Positions 1 to 7,490 of a DNA stretch of 37,897 nt are shown piece after piece. How positions within the stretch are numbered: the first letter of the stretch is position 1; every line of letters starts with the position of its first letter. The DNA lies in IMG/VR virus record IMGVR_UViG_3300029619_000018, positions 1 to 37,897 of that record; one strand, 5' to 3'. The position numbers were made by a program, and so were the translations under genes. Below the pieces are notes generated by a model, which was not told the origin of the DNA, did no database searches, and worked only from the letters and a program-made list of their open reading frames with translations. Source of the DNA: a virus.

Positions 1-439
1 TAGCGCAGCCACCAACACCGGCAACTGGAGTGCAGCCACCAACACCGGCGACTGGAGCGCAGCCACCAACACCGGCAACTGGAGCGCAGCCACCAACACC
101 GGCAACTGGAGCGCAGCCACCAACACCGGCGACTGTAGCGCAGCCACCAACACCGGCGACTGGAGCGCAGCCACCAACACCGGCAACTGGAGTGCAGCCA
201 CCAACACCGGTAACCGTAGCGCAGCCACCGTTGATGGAAAGGAGTCTATTGCAATCGTCACCGGAGTTGATAGTAAGGCATCCGGTGCCATTGGATGCTG
301 GCTCGTCCTAACCGATAGGGGTGGCTGGAACGGTGATACTTTCCCAATTAAAGAGGTGCGAGCTGTAAAGGTAGATGGTGAGATTATAAAACCCGGGGTA
401 TTTTACAAACTGGAAAATGGGGAGGTCGTGGAAGCATGA
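1..439 (+). CDS. C-terminal part of the tandem 9-aa-repeat protein (continuation of 37239..37897); 5' partial in this window
   Basis: Frame 2 reads (SAATNTG[ND][WCR])x8, then SAATVDGKESIAIVTGVDSKASGAIGCWLVLTDRGGWNGDTFPIKEVRAVKVDGEIIKPGVFYKLENGEVVEA, and stops at TGA 437-439. The stop overlaps the next ATG (ATGA). Confidence 0.75.
   Translation, partial: SAATNTGNWSAATNTGDWSAATNTGNWSAATNTGNWSAATNTGDCSAATNTGDWSAATNTGNWSAATNTGNRSAATVDGKESIAIVTGVDSKASGAIGCWLVLTDRGGWNGDTFPIKEVRAVKVDGEIIKPGVFYKLENGEVVEA
2..217 (+). repeat. 27-bp coding tandem repeat, 8 units (AGC GCA GCC ACC AAC ACC GGC RAC TGG type)
   Basis: Direct reading. The units are near-identical apart from the last two codons (NW, DW, NW, NW, DC, DW, NW, NR) and AGC/AGT, GGC/GGT synonymous changes. 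Confidence 0.95.
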
Positions 440-633
440 ACCCATACGATATCCCGGATAAGCCCATCCCGAGCTGGGTGGATAACTACGATGATAAGCC
501 ACACATCTGCCCGGAGTGCGGCTGCGAAATCAACGAGACAATTTACATTAAGGACGGCATGGTCATTGGCTGCGAAAACTGTGTTAAGCGGTTTGACGCC
601 AGCGATGCGGATGCTGACAGGTACTTTGAATAA
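436..633 (+). CDS. Small zinc-ribbon protein (CPECGC...CENC), function unknown
   Basis: 65-aa ORF with ATGA overlap to the upstream gene. GGAGG lies about 10 nt upstream. Has two CxxC pairs. Confidence 0.6.
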   Translation: MNPYDIPDKPIPSWVDNYDDKPHICPECGCEINETIYIKDGMVIGCENCVKRFDASDADADRYFE

Positions 634-643
634 GGAGGATAAC

Positions 644-1366
644 ATGGTTAAATTCAGACCGCTGCGAGCGGACGAGGTTGACCTGCGGGTTGACCGCTAT
701 ACTTCGAGAGGGGCTGTTCTCCTATGCTACAAAGACGCGCGATGTGACATGCGCATTCTGGACGAGACGGTGGGCGCCGAAAACTGGCAGCGGGAGCATT
801 ACGAATGCAAGGGCAACCTTTTCTGTCGGGTGGGAATCCGAATTGATCCGCAGCATGACGAATGGGCATGGAAAGCTGACTGCGGAACCGAAAGCTACAC
901 CGAAAAGGAAAAGGGCGAAAGCTCCGACAGCTTTAAGCGCGCCTGCTTTAATTGGGGGATCGGTCGCGAACTCTACACCAAAATCAACATTGTTGTCCCG
1001 ATGAGGACGCAAAAGAACGCCAACGGAAAATATGAGCCTGAAGATAGCAATGACAAGTGGGCACGGTTCACGGTAGCGGAGATGGAAGTACACGGCGAAC
1101 AGATTACATATCTGACGGTCGCAGACAAAAACGGCAACATCGTATTTAGTTTTGGTCAACCGGGCGATGCCGGAGAGGACATCACGGAAACCTGCGCTGA
1201 CTGCGGGAAACCGATCGTCCCAATCACCAAACGAGACGGGTCTACATGGTATGTCCGGGAGATTGTCCCATACACCGAGAAAATGTTCGGACGGCATTTG
1301 TGCGGTCCGTGTATGAAAGCCGCAAAGGAGGCCGAAAAGAGGAATGAAAACAAGGCTCCGGTTTGA
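644..1366 (+). CDS. Rad52/Sak-type single-strand annealing protein
   Basis: AAGGAGG RBS before ATG 644 (internal to track ORF 491..1366). Sequence MVKFRPLRADEVDLRV...LLCYKDARCDMRILDETVGAENWQ...GTESYTEKEKGESSDSFKRACFNWGIGRELYT matches my memory of Rad52-like phage annealases. C-terminal CxxC...CxxC zinc ribbon. Confidence 0.7.
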   Translation: MVKFRPLRADEVDLRVDRYTSRGAVLLCYKDARCDMRILDETVGAENWQREHYECKGNLFCRVGIRIDPQHDEWAWKADCGTESYTEKEKGESSDSFKRACFNWGIGRELYTKINIVVPMRTQKNANGKYEPEDSNDKWARFTVAEMEVHGEQITYLTVADKNGNIVFSFGQPGDAGEDITETCADCGKPIVPITKRDGSTWYVREIVPYTEKMFGRHLCGPCMKAAKEAEKRNENKAPV

Positions 1367-1901
1367 TTCTGCCGACTGGACAAGAGACCGGAACGGCTAC
1401 GGCATCACCCTGTATACCAAAGATGCCGCAGCCGCCCAGGCTTTCCTTGATGAGATGAAGCCCGGCAAGATGTACGCCGCCGAACTAAAGGAGCACCACG
1501 AGCGCAGGAGCCTTTCGGCCAACTCGTACCTGTGGGCACTCCTTGATGATCTGGCCTTTACCCTCTCCACCCAGGCGGCCCCGCTGACTAAGGAGGAGCT
1601 GTACCGGAAGTACATTAAGGAGGTCGGCATCTGGAAGGATGTGCACAATATCGAGCCGGAAGCCGCCAAGACCGTCCGGACAGCGTGGGAAATGCTCGGT
1701 ACTGGCTGGGTAACGGAACAGGTAGACTACGAGCCAGACGGTGACCATCTGGTGATCCGGCTGTACTACGGCAGCAGCACCTACAACACCAAACAGATGT
1801 CCCGGCTGCTGGATGCCGTCATCGCAGACTGCAAAGAGCAAGGGATAGATGTTGCCACTCCGGCCGAGCTGGCCTTGCTAAAGGAGGAATGGGGAAAATG
1901 A
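1344..1901 (+). CDS. NinB/Orf-like recombination mediator (tentative)
   Basis: The motif RRSLSANSYLWALLDDLA resembles the lambda NinB RSLDQNRKLWACLGDV segment. The gene sits between the annealase and SSB. Confidence 0.45.
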   Translation: MKTRLRFDSADWTRDRNGYGITLYTKDAAAAQAFLDEMKPGKMYAAELKEHHERRSLSANSYLWALLDDLAFTLSTQAAPLTKEELYRKYIKEVGIWKDVHNIEPEAAKTVRTAWEMLGTGWVTEQVDYEPDGDHLVIRLYYGSSTYNTKQMSRLLDAVIADCKEQGIDVATPAELALLKEEWGK

Positions 1902-2236
1902 AAAACGAATGGGGCGCAGAGCTTGACCGAAACGGTTACGCTCCGAGCATCGTACAGGCCGACACATCTAAGTGCTTTTTGTGCCAGCGCTCCGGCGTAA
2001 AGCTCGACCGGCACGAAATATTCGGCAACGCCATGCGGAGCAAAAGCAAGCGCATGGGCCTTTGGGTTTCCCTTTGCCACACGCCATGCCACCTGACACA
2101 CGCACACGGCTGTGCCGAGGTGATGGACTGGCTGCACCGGATGGGCGAACAAGCCTGTATCGACAACTACGATTTCACAATCCCGATGTTCCGGGAGGAA
2201 TTCTACACCAACTATTTGGAGGAAACAGAATGCTGA
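1898..2236 (+). CDS. Cys/His zinc-binding protein, possibly an HNH/NinG-like nuclease
   Basis: ATGA overlap at 1898. Sequence CFLCQRSG..LDRHEIFGNAMRSKSKRMGLWVSLCHTPCH. Lies in the recombination module. Confidence 0.4.
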   Translation: MKNEWGAELDRNGYAPSIVQADTSKCFLCQRSGVKLDRHEIFGNAMRSKSKRMGLWVSLCHTPCHLTHAHGCAEVMDWLHRMGEQACIDNYDFTIPMFREEFYTNYLEETEC

Positions 2237-2625
2237 ACAAAGCGATACTTAATGGGCGGCTGACGAAAGCGCCCGAACTGAAGCAGACCAACAGCGGCAA
2301 GAGCGTATGCGGCTTTACCATCGCCGTAGACCGCAACCGTGACCGTGAGAAGACCGACTTCGTACCCATCGTAGCATGGGGAAAGACCGCCGAATTCGTG
2401 AACCAGTGGTTCGGCAAGGGCGACCTCATTACCATTGTGGGGCGCATCGAAGTTCGCAACTACGAGGACAAGAACGGCAATAAGCGCACCGCCACCGAGG
2501 TTATCGCAGAGGAAGCCCTTTTCGGTGGCAGCAAATCTACCGGAAAGGCAGAGGAAAAGCCCGCAGAGAGCGAGCAGGGCGGATTTGAAGAAGTCGAGGG
2601 CGACCCTAACGACCTCCCATTCTGA
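2230..2625 (+). CDS. ssb: Single-stranded DNA-binding protein
   Basis: GGAGGA RBS then ATG 2230. OB-fold signature MLNKAILNGRLTKAPELKQT..GKSVCGFTIAVDR...FVPIVAWGKTAEFV..W..KGDLITIVGRIEVRNYEDKNG. Acidic tail ending in DLPF. Confidence 0.9.
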   Translation: MLNKAILNGRLTKAPELKQTNSGKSVCGFTIAVDRNRDREKTDFVPIVAWGKTAEFVNQWFGKGDLITIVGRIEVRNYEDKNGNKRTATEVIAEEALFGGSKSTGKAEEKPAESEQGGFEEVEGDPNDLPF

Positions 2626-2641
2626 CGGGAGGTGAGGAGGA

Positions 2642-3412
2642 ATGCCGAATAGATTGATAAAGGATAGCTTCCGCACAAGCGACAAGATAGCATCCTTAAC
2701 GGATTTCGAGTTTCGGCTTTGGGTAAGTCTTATTGTTTCGGTAGACGATGCAGGGCGAGGAGATGCCCGCCCTGCAATCATCAAAGGCAACGCATTCCCG
2801 CTTCGGGAAAGGGTTACTGCAAAAGATATCAACGATGCGCTCCACGGTTTGGCGGCCAAAGGCTGCGTTTCCCTCTACGAGGTGGACGGGAAGCCCTACT
2901 TTTGGTTCCCGACTTGGGCCGATCATCAACGGATACGAGAATGCAAACCAAAATATCCGGACCCGCCTAAAAACAGCGGCTTTACACCGTCTGCTGAAAT
3001 CTGCGGCGAGTTGCCGCAAGTTGCGGCGGATTGCGGCGAGCTGCGGCCTGAATCCAATCCGAATCCGAATCCTAATCCGAATCCGAATCCAAGTACCCCC
3101 CATGCCCCCCAAGGGGGCCGGTTTGCCGAATTTTGGGCGCAATATCCCAAGAAAGTCGGCAAAGGCGCAGCGGAAAAGGCTTTTGAGCGCATCAAGCCGG
3201 ATAAGCAGACCTTTGACCGCATGATGGATGCCATATCTGCACAGAAGCGGAGCCGCCAATGGACGGAGAACAACGGCCAGTACATCCCAAACCCTGCGAC
3301 ATGGCTGAACCAGCGCAGGTGGGAGGACGAGCTGGCAGGGATGGCAGAGGTAAAGCAGCTTCCCAGCTATGACCTGGCGCTGGCCGAACGGATGATGGAG
3401 GAGAACGCATGA
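2642..3412 (+). CDS. Phage replisome organizer / DnaD-like replication initiation protein
   Basis: The N-terminus (LIKDSF..SDKIASLTDFEFRLWVSLIV..DDAGRGDARPAII...YFWFPTWADHQRIR) and the C-terminus (FAEFWAQYPKKVGKGAAEKAF...IPNPATWLNQRRWEDE) are typical of phage replication organizers. An (NP)6 linker joins them. Confidence 0.7.
   Translation: MPNRLIKDSFRTSDKIASLTDFEFRLWVSLIVSVDDAGRGDARPAIIKGNAFPLRERVTAKDINDALHGLAAKGCVSLYEVDGKPYFWFPTWADHQRIRECKPKYPDPPKNSGFTPSAEICGELPQVAADCGELRPESNPNPNPNPNPNPSTPHAPQGGRFAEFWAQYPKKVGKGAAEKAFERIKPDKQTFDRMMDAISAQKRSRQWTENNGQYIPNPATWLNQRRWEDELAGMAEVKQLPSYDLALAERMMEENA
3001..3090 (+). repeat. Five tandem 10-bp iteron-like units (YTGCGGCGAG type, 3001-3050) followed by about 6.5 AATCCG hexamers (3051-3090); candidate origin inside the organizer gene
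   Basis: Direct reading of the units: CTGCGGCGAG TTGCCGCAAG TTGCGGCGGA TTGCGGCGAG CTGCGGCCTG, then AATCCAATCCGAATCCGAATCCTAATCCGAATCCGAATCC. Confidence 0.5.
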
Positions 3413-4299
3413 GTGACAAAGTAGATATCGCCGTAAGGCGATTACAGGAAGCGGCAGAAATGTCGCAGATGTTATACGAAAAACCGCTTGTTGTTACATA
3501 CAGCGGAGGTAAGGATAGCGACACGGTGTTGAAGTTGGCGCAGATTGCGAAAATCCCATTTGAGGTGCTGCACAGCCATACGACTGTTGACGCTCCAGAA
3601 ACTGTTTACCATGTTCGGGAAACATTTCGGGAATTGGAACTCGCAGGGATCAAATGCGACATCGACTATCATGTTCGCCCGGACGGGACAAGGACAACAA
3701 TGTGGAACCTAATCCAGAAAAAGCTGATTCCACCCACGAGAATTGTAAGATACTGCTGCGATAAACTCAAGGAGGGGGGCGGAAATGACCGGTTTATCGT
3801 TACTGGAGTAAGGTGGGATGAAAGTAACGCACGAAAAAAGAACCGTGGGATATTGGAGGTCATAGCAAGCAAACGGGAAAATAAGATTGTTTTGTCAAAT
3901 GACAATGATGAGGATCGTAGGGTGTTTGAAAGCTGCCAGATGAAAGGCAAGCGGGTGGTAAATCCCATCATCGACTGGACAACCGAAGATGTTCTTGATT
4001 TCTGCAAAGCGGAAAAGGTGAATCTTTGCCCGCTTTATGGGGAGGGTTGGCATAGAGTCGGATGTGTTGGGTGTCCTATGGCCGGGAAGAAAAGGTACAT
4101 GGAGTTTGCGAGATACCCAACCTACAAAAAAGCCTACATAGCAGCATTCGATAGAATGATCGAGGAACGGAAGCGGCGGGGCATGGTGAAATGCTTTACC
4201 AGAATGGGCGATACAGGCGTTGATGTTTTCCACTGGTGGATGGAGGACGGCATACTTCCAGGGCAAACCGTCCTGCCGGGATTTGAGGAGGACGCATGA
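3409..4299 (+). CDS. PAPS reductase / PP-loop ATP pyrophosphatase family protein
   Basis: PP-loop motif VVTYSGGKDSDT near the N-terminus. Downstream Cys cluster CPLYGEGWHRVGCVGCPMA. ATGA coupling on both sides. Confidence 0.8.
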   Translation: MSDKVDIAVRRLQEAAEMSQMLYEKPLVVTYSGGKDSDTVLKLAQIAKIPFEVLHSHTTVDAPETVYHVRETFRELELAGIKCDIDYHVRPDGTRTTMWNLIQKKLIPPTRIVRYCCDKLKEGGGNDRFIVTGVRWDESNARKKNRGILEVIASKRENKIVLSNDNDEDRRVFESCQMKGKRVVNPIIDWTTEDVLDFCKAEKVNLCPLYGEGWHRVGCVGCPMAGKKRYMEFARYPTYKKAYIAAFDRMIEERKRRGMVKCFTRMGDTGVDVFHWWMEDGILPGQTVLPGFEEDA

Positions 4300-4637
4300 A
4301 AATCACCATGCCGGAAATCCCCCCGTCGCTGAACAAATACGCTGGTCGGGCCAATGCCTGGGACTACCGAGCGGAAAAGCAGCGCTGGCTGCAGCTGTTT
4401 GTTGCATACTGCCCCAAGTGCAAACCAATGGGCAAGGCGGTGGTGACCATCACCTACTACTTCCCAACTAGGCACAGGCACGACCCAGACAACTACAACG
4501 GCAAGATGCTGATGGACGGGCTGGTACACCGGGGAGTAATCGCCGATGATAGTTTTGACCATGTAGAGCTGCGGCTGCGTGGGGCATATGACCCCAAAAA
4601 CCCAAGAACAGAAATTGACATAGAGGAGGTACCCTGA
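4296..4637 (+). CDS. rusA: RusA-family Holliday junction resolvase
   Basis: IPPSLNKY near the N-terminus. Also VVTITYYFPTRHRHDPDNYNGKMLMDGLVHRGVIADDSFDHV, which is the RusA DxDN...DD pattern. Confidence 0.8.
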   Translation: MKITMPEIPPSLNKYAGRANAWDYRAEKQRWLQLFVAYCPKCKPMGKAVVTITYYFPTRHRHDPDNYNGKMLMDGLVHRGVIADDSFDHVELRLRGAYDPKNPRTEIDIEEVP

Positions 4638-4792
4638 TGGGACAGAAGGATGTAGAGCGGGAGAAGCCGCTTTTTGAGGGACAAAATGCCGAGGAATTTA
4701 TCAAGCGCTGGAACGCTATCACCAAAGCCATAAAAAGGCGCGCAGAGATGCCCGAGCAGGAAAAGGTGGTGAGTTATGATGTCATACGATAA
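4637..4792 (+). CDS. Small hypothetical protein (51 aa, below the ORF-track cutoff)
   Basis: The ATG overlaps the rusA stop (TGATG). Sequence MGQKDVEREKPLFEGQNAEEFIKRWNAITKAIKRRAEMPEQEKVVSYDVIR. Overlaps the next gene start by 17 nt. Confidence 0.35.
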   Translation: MGQKDVEREKPLFEGQNAEEFIKRWNAITKAIKRRAEMPEQEKVVSYDVIR

Positions 4793-5420
4793 AGCGTCTC
4801 CTAACGCCAAAATCGACTGTTCTAAATCAAATGACCCGGAGCTCCTGGAGCAGCTGGTGCGGGAGGGCAAGACCAACAGGGAGATTGCCTTAATTCTTGA
4901 TCTTGATTACGGCTCTGTGGCCTCGATCTTGTATCGCTATGGAATCAAGAGAGACCCAAACCGGCCCTGCAAGAGATGCGGAGGGCCGATAGGCAGCACC
5001 AACACCAGACAGCTGTATTGCAAGGAGTGCCAAAAGGCCATGGACAGCATCCGGGCCCGCAAAAGCAGTATGAAAAAAGCTGAGCCGAAGAAATGCGAAT
5101 ACTGCGGGAAGGACTATTTCGGCCAGCCGGGACAAAAGTACTGCTCAAAGCAATGCTACAAGGATGCGGCGGCATCCGGTAAGTATAAGCGCCCAAAGAA
5201 TTGGCTAAAGCGCCGGGATGGGAAAATCGACATCGAGATAAGGGTTTGCGGCAAAACAACAGAGCGCCGGGAGAGTGTGGACTACTACGAGGCCCGGGAG
5301 ATTTGGCACGATGGCTGGATAGGCCGGGGCTACGCAGCGCTGATAACGGTAGATGGTCACAGGTTGGAGACCCTGCCGCAAATAAAGACATTCTTCGGAT
5401 TTAGGAGGGATTCGCTATGA
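4776..5420 (+). CDS. HTH (sigma-r4/LuxR-like) plus multi-zinc-ribbon protein, putative regulator
   Basis: GKTNREIALILDLDYGSVASILYRYG resembles an HTH. It is followed by CKRCGG, CKECQ, CEYCGK and CSKQC pairs. Confidence 0.5.
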   Translation: MMSYDKASPNAKIDCSKSNDPELLEQLVREGKTNREIALILDLDYGSVASILYRYGIKRDPNRPCKRCGGPIGSTNTRQLYCKECQKAMDSIRARKSSMKKAEPKKCEYCGKDYFGQPGQKYCSKQCYKDAAASGKYKRPKNWLKRRDGKIDIEIRVCGKTTERRESVDYYEAREIWHDGWIGRGYAALITVDGHRLETLPQIKTFFGFRRDSL

Positions 5421-5629
5421 GGAACTGGACGGCAGCGGCAGTTACGATAATCTTAGCTGCTTTCTGCATAATGGTTCTCTCGGCTATTTCGGCCGAAAGG
5501 TGGAATCAGTTGGATGAAGTGGCCCAGGCGGAGATCACCACAGAGGAACAGGAACGCCGGGAGCAGGCAGCCTATTACAAGGGTTGGCAGGACTGCAAGC
5601 AATATTATCTTGAGAATTTTGGAGGGTGA
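5417..5629 (+). CDS. Small single-pass membrane protein
   Basis: AGGAGGG RBS. Hydrophobic segment AAAVTIILAAFCIMVLSAI. Confidence 0.5.
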   Translation: MRNWTAAAVTIILAAFCIMVLSAISAERWNQLDEVAQAEITTEEQERREQAAYYKGWQDCKQYYLENFGG

Positions 5630-5633
5630 GCCA

Positions 5634-5795
5634 ATGACCGTAAAGGACTACTACGAAACAATCCGGAACATAGAAAGGATGGCTGCTGCCGTTGACGCAG
5701 AGGGTGCAGTCACCCTCGACCATGACGATGCGGAGCAGATATGGGCGCTGCTGCTGGACTACAAGGATTTGCTGATGGCACTGGAGGTTGGATGA
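5634..5795 (+). CDS. Hypothetical protein (53 aa)
   Basis: GGAGGG RBS 7 nt before ATG 5634, internal to track ORF 5514..5795. Confidence 0.45.
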   Translation: MTVKDYYETIRNIERMAAAVDAEGAVTLDHDDAEQIWALLLDYKDLLMALEVG

Positions 5796-5796
5796 A

Positions 5797-6327
5797 ATGA
5801 GCAAGGCCGTTATGATAAGTATACGCCCGAAGTGGTGCGAGAAGATTTGTAGCGGTGAAAAGACTATCGAGGTGCGAAAAACGCGCCCGAAGCTGGAAGC
5901 ACCGTTTAAGTGTTATATCTACTGCACGCTGCCGAAGTACCCGCACGAGGACTTTATTGCAACGGATTATCCAAAGCCGCAGTTTTATGGCGGAGGCAAA
6001 GTCGTTGGCGAGTTTACCTGCGACGCAATTGCCCGTGTGAACATCTGCGGATTCTGGGACGATAGTGGGAAGCAGCTCGACAATCGGCTCAAAGAAACAT
6101 GTTTGACCTCAGAAGAGTTATGCGACTACCTTGGCGAAAAGGTCGGTTACGGATGGCATATCTCCGACCTGAAAATCTACGACACGCTGAAGGAGTTGAG
6201 CAAGTTTTCGTGCCCGTTTGAAAACTGCATAGACAAAGTGTGTGATGAATTTGGGTGTGAATCATGCGAAAATGGCGGTCATATTAAGCGCCCGCCCCAA
6301 AGCTGGTGCTATGTGGAGGAAATGTGA
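5797..6327 (+). CDS. ASCH (PUA-like) domain protein
   Basis: MSKAVMISIRPKWCEKICSGEKTIEVRKTRPK is the typical ASCH N-terminal pattern. GGAGG lies 9 nt upstream of ATG 5797. Cys-rich C-terminal tail. Confidence 0.65.
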   Translation: MSKAVMISIRPKWCEKICSGEKTIEVRKTRPKLEAPFKCYIYCTLPKYPHEDFIATDYPKPQFYGGGKVVGEFTCDAIARVNICGFWDDSGKQLDNRLKETCLTSEELCDYLGEKVGYGWHISDLKIYDTLKELSKFSCPFENCIDKVCDEFGCESCENGGHIKRPPQSWCYVEEM

Positions 6328-6650
6328 TGGATGCTGTGAAATTTTTGCAGGAGCGAAACAGGATGTTCATGAGTGGCGCGGCCACGCCGAGCATTGGGCT
6401 GGAGGACGATTATGACCCGGTAATCGCGGTTAAGGTCGTAGAGAAGTGGTCTGCTGAACATCCCCGCAAGACGAGGCAGAGTGTGTTTCTGGAGCAATAC
6501 CCGGAAGCAATCCTCGATGTGTTCAAAATACTGCGGTTTTGTCCGGCGGATATTTCTGCCACTCACAGAAGAGGTGACGGTGAGTGTAAGAATCCCAAAA
6601 AAGCGTGTGCAGACTGCCGTCGTGAGTTTTGGATGCAGGAGGTAAAGTGA
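6327..6650 (+). CDS. Hypothetical phage protein with C-terminal Cys cluster
   Basis: GGAGGA RBS before ATG 6327. Contains KTRQSVFLEQYPEA...CPADI...C.......CADCRREFWMQEV. Confidence 0.5.
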   Translation: MDAVKFLQERNRMFMSGAATPSIGLEDDYDPVIAVKVVEKWSAEHPRKTRQSVFLEQYPEAILDVFKILRFCPADISATHRRGDGECKNPKKACADCRREFWMQEVK

Positions 6651-6856
6651 TGGACTGTTTCAATCATCTTTGCCCGTTCCGTCAGAATACAACAAGTAAC
6701 TGTAACCGTTGTGAGTGCTTGGCGTGTCAGAACAGGTGCAAAGGTCCCGTTACATATACTGCAAGCAATCATACGCTGACCGCAGACGAAATTGCAAAGA
6801 TTACCAATAATTCCAAAAACGGCAGAGAGGTTAAACTGGGACAGGAGGTAGAGTAA
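6650..6856 (+). CDS. Small Cys-rich protein
   Basis: GGAGG RBS with GTGATG overlap. Contains CFNHLCPF...CNRCECLACQNRC. Confidence 0.5.
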   Translation: MDCFNHLCPFRQNTTSNCNRCECLACQNRCKGPVTYTASNHTLTADEIAKITNNSKNGREVKLGQEVE

Positions 6857-7080
6857 TGGCTGAATTGAAATCGTGCCCGTTTTGCGGATGCGACATGAAA
6901 ATCGAAGCTGTAACGATCGATTATATCGAAACTGCTTTGCTCGTTGGGAATCCTCGGCATAAGGATGGGTGCATGATTGGCGCGATGGCGTCGCCGAGAA
7001 GTAAAGACATTGATAAGCTGGTCGAATTTTGGAACAGGAGGGCTGACAATGACACTAACCGAGATGTTTACAATTTGTGA
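6856..7080 (+). CDS. Lar-family-like restriction alleviation protein (tentative)
   Basis: MAELKSCPFCGC at the N-terminus and FWNRR near the C-terminus, as I recall for Rac/Lar-like proteins. TAATG overlap. Confidence 0.5.
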   Translation: MAELKSCPFCGCDMKIEAVTIDYIETALLVGNPRHKDGCMIGAMASPRSKDIDKLVEFWNRRADNDTNRDVYNL

Positions 7081-7216
7081 TTTGTGCGCATATGCGCCAT
7101 GTCTTTGTGGGAATGACCCCGAGAATTGCGTGGCGTATGTGATGAGGACTTCTCACCCGAACACGCTGATTGGGAAATACACAACGGTACATGATGGGAG
7201 GGCTGACAATGGCTGA
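7049..7216 (+). CDS. Small Cys-rich hypothetical protein (55 aa)
   Basis: The 15-mer GGAGGGCTGACAATG supplies the RBS and start at 7049. Contains CDLCAYAPCLCGNDPENC. Confidence 0.4.
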   Translation: MTLTEMFTICDLCAYAPCLCGNDPENCVAYVMRTSHPNTLIGKYTTVHDGRADNG

Positions 7217-7433
7217 ATACAAAATCTGCTTTAGCGTGGCTGGGGCGTTCGGCGCTCAAATCAGATTTGAGGCAAAACCCGGCGTCTCCTATGAGGACGC
7301 TGCGGCGTCTATTGACAAGGAAAAGCTGGTTCGGTTGATGTGCCTCGACGCCTTGGGCTGCTCCGGAAAGGACATTGAGGTTATCACTCCTGAACAGTAC
7401 GAAGCGAAATTTGGAGGGGATGAGGATGGCTGA
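7209..7433 (+). CDS. Hypothetical protein (74 aa)
   Basis: The same 15-mer GGAGGGCTGACAATG supplies the RBS and start at 7209, internal to track ORF 7170..7433. Confidence 0.5.
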   Translation: MAEYKICFSVAGAFGAQIRFEAKPGVSYEDAAASIDKEKLVRLMCLDALGCSGKDIEVITPEQYEAKFGGDEDG

Positions 7434-7490
7434 ATTCATCGTACAACAGGACGCTGACATTATCAAACGAGCGATGGAGGAGGGAGAAAC

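Noticed and set aside
30-311. 93-aa ORF encoding MQPPTPATGAQPPTPATGA... (a Pro/Thr-rich repeat)
   Set aside because: It is an alternative frame of the 27-bp repeat. It has no RBS, whereas frame 2 is continuous with the well-initiated gene at 37239 and ends in a non-repetitive domain coupled (ATGA) to the next gene.
491-643. Upstream extension of the annealase ORF (ATG 491)
   Set aside because: The extension overlaps the zinc-ribbon gene in another frame and has no RBS. A canonical AAGGAGG precedes ATG 644.
1972-2229. Upstream extension of the SSB ORF (217-aa version)
   Set aside because: The extension is Arg/Pro-rich, out-of-frame read-through of the preceding gene. The SSB homology and RBS start at 2230.
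3054-3090. AATCCG hexamer microsatellite considered as a stand-alone non-coding repeat
   Set aside because: It lies in frame within the replisome-organizer gene and encodes an (NP)n interdomain linker. It is kept only as part of the candidate origin finding.
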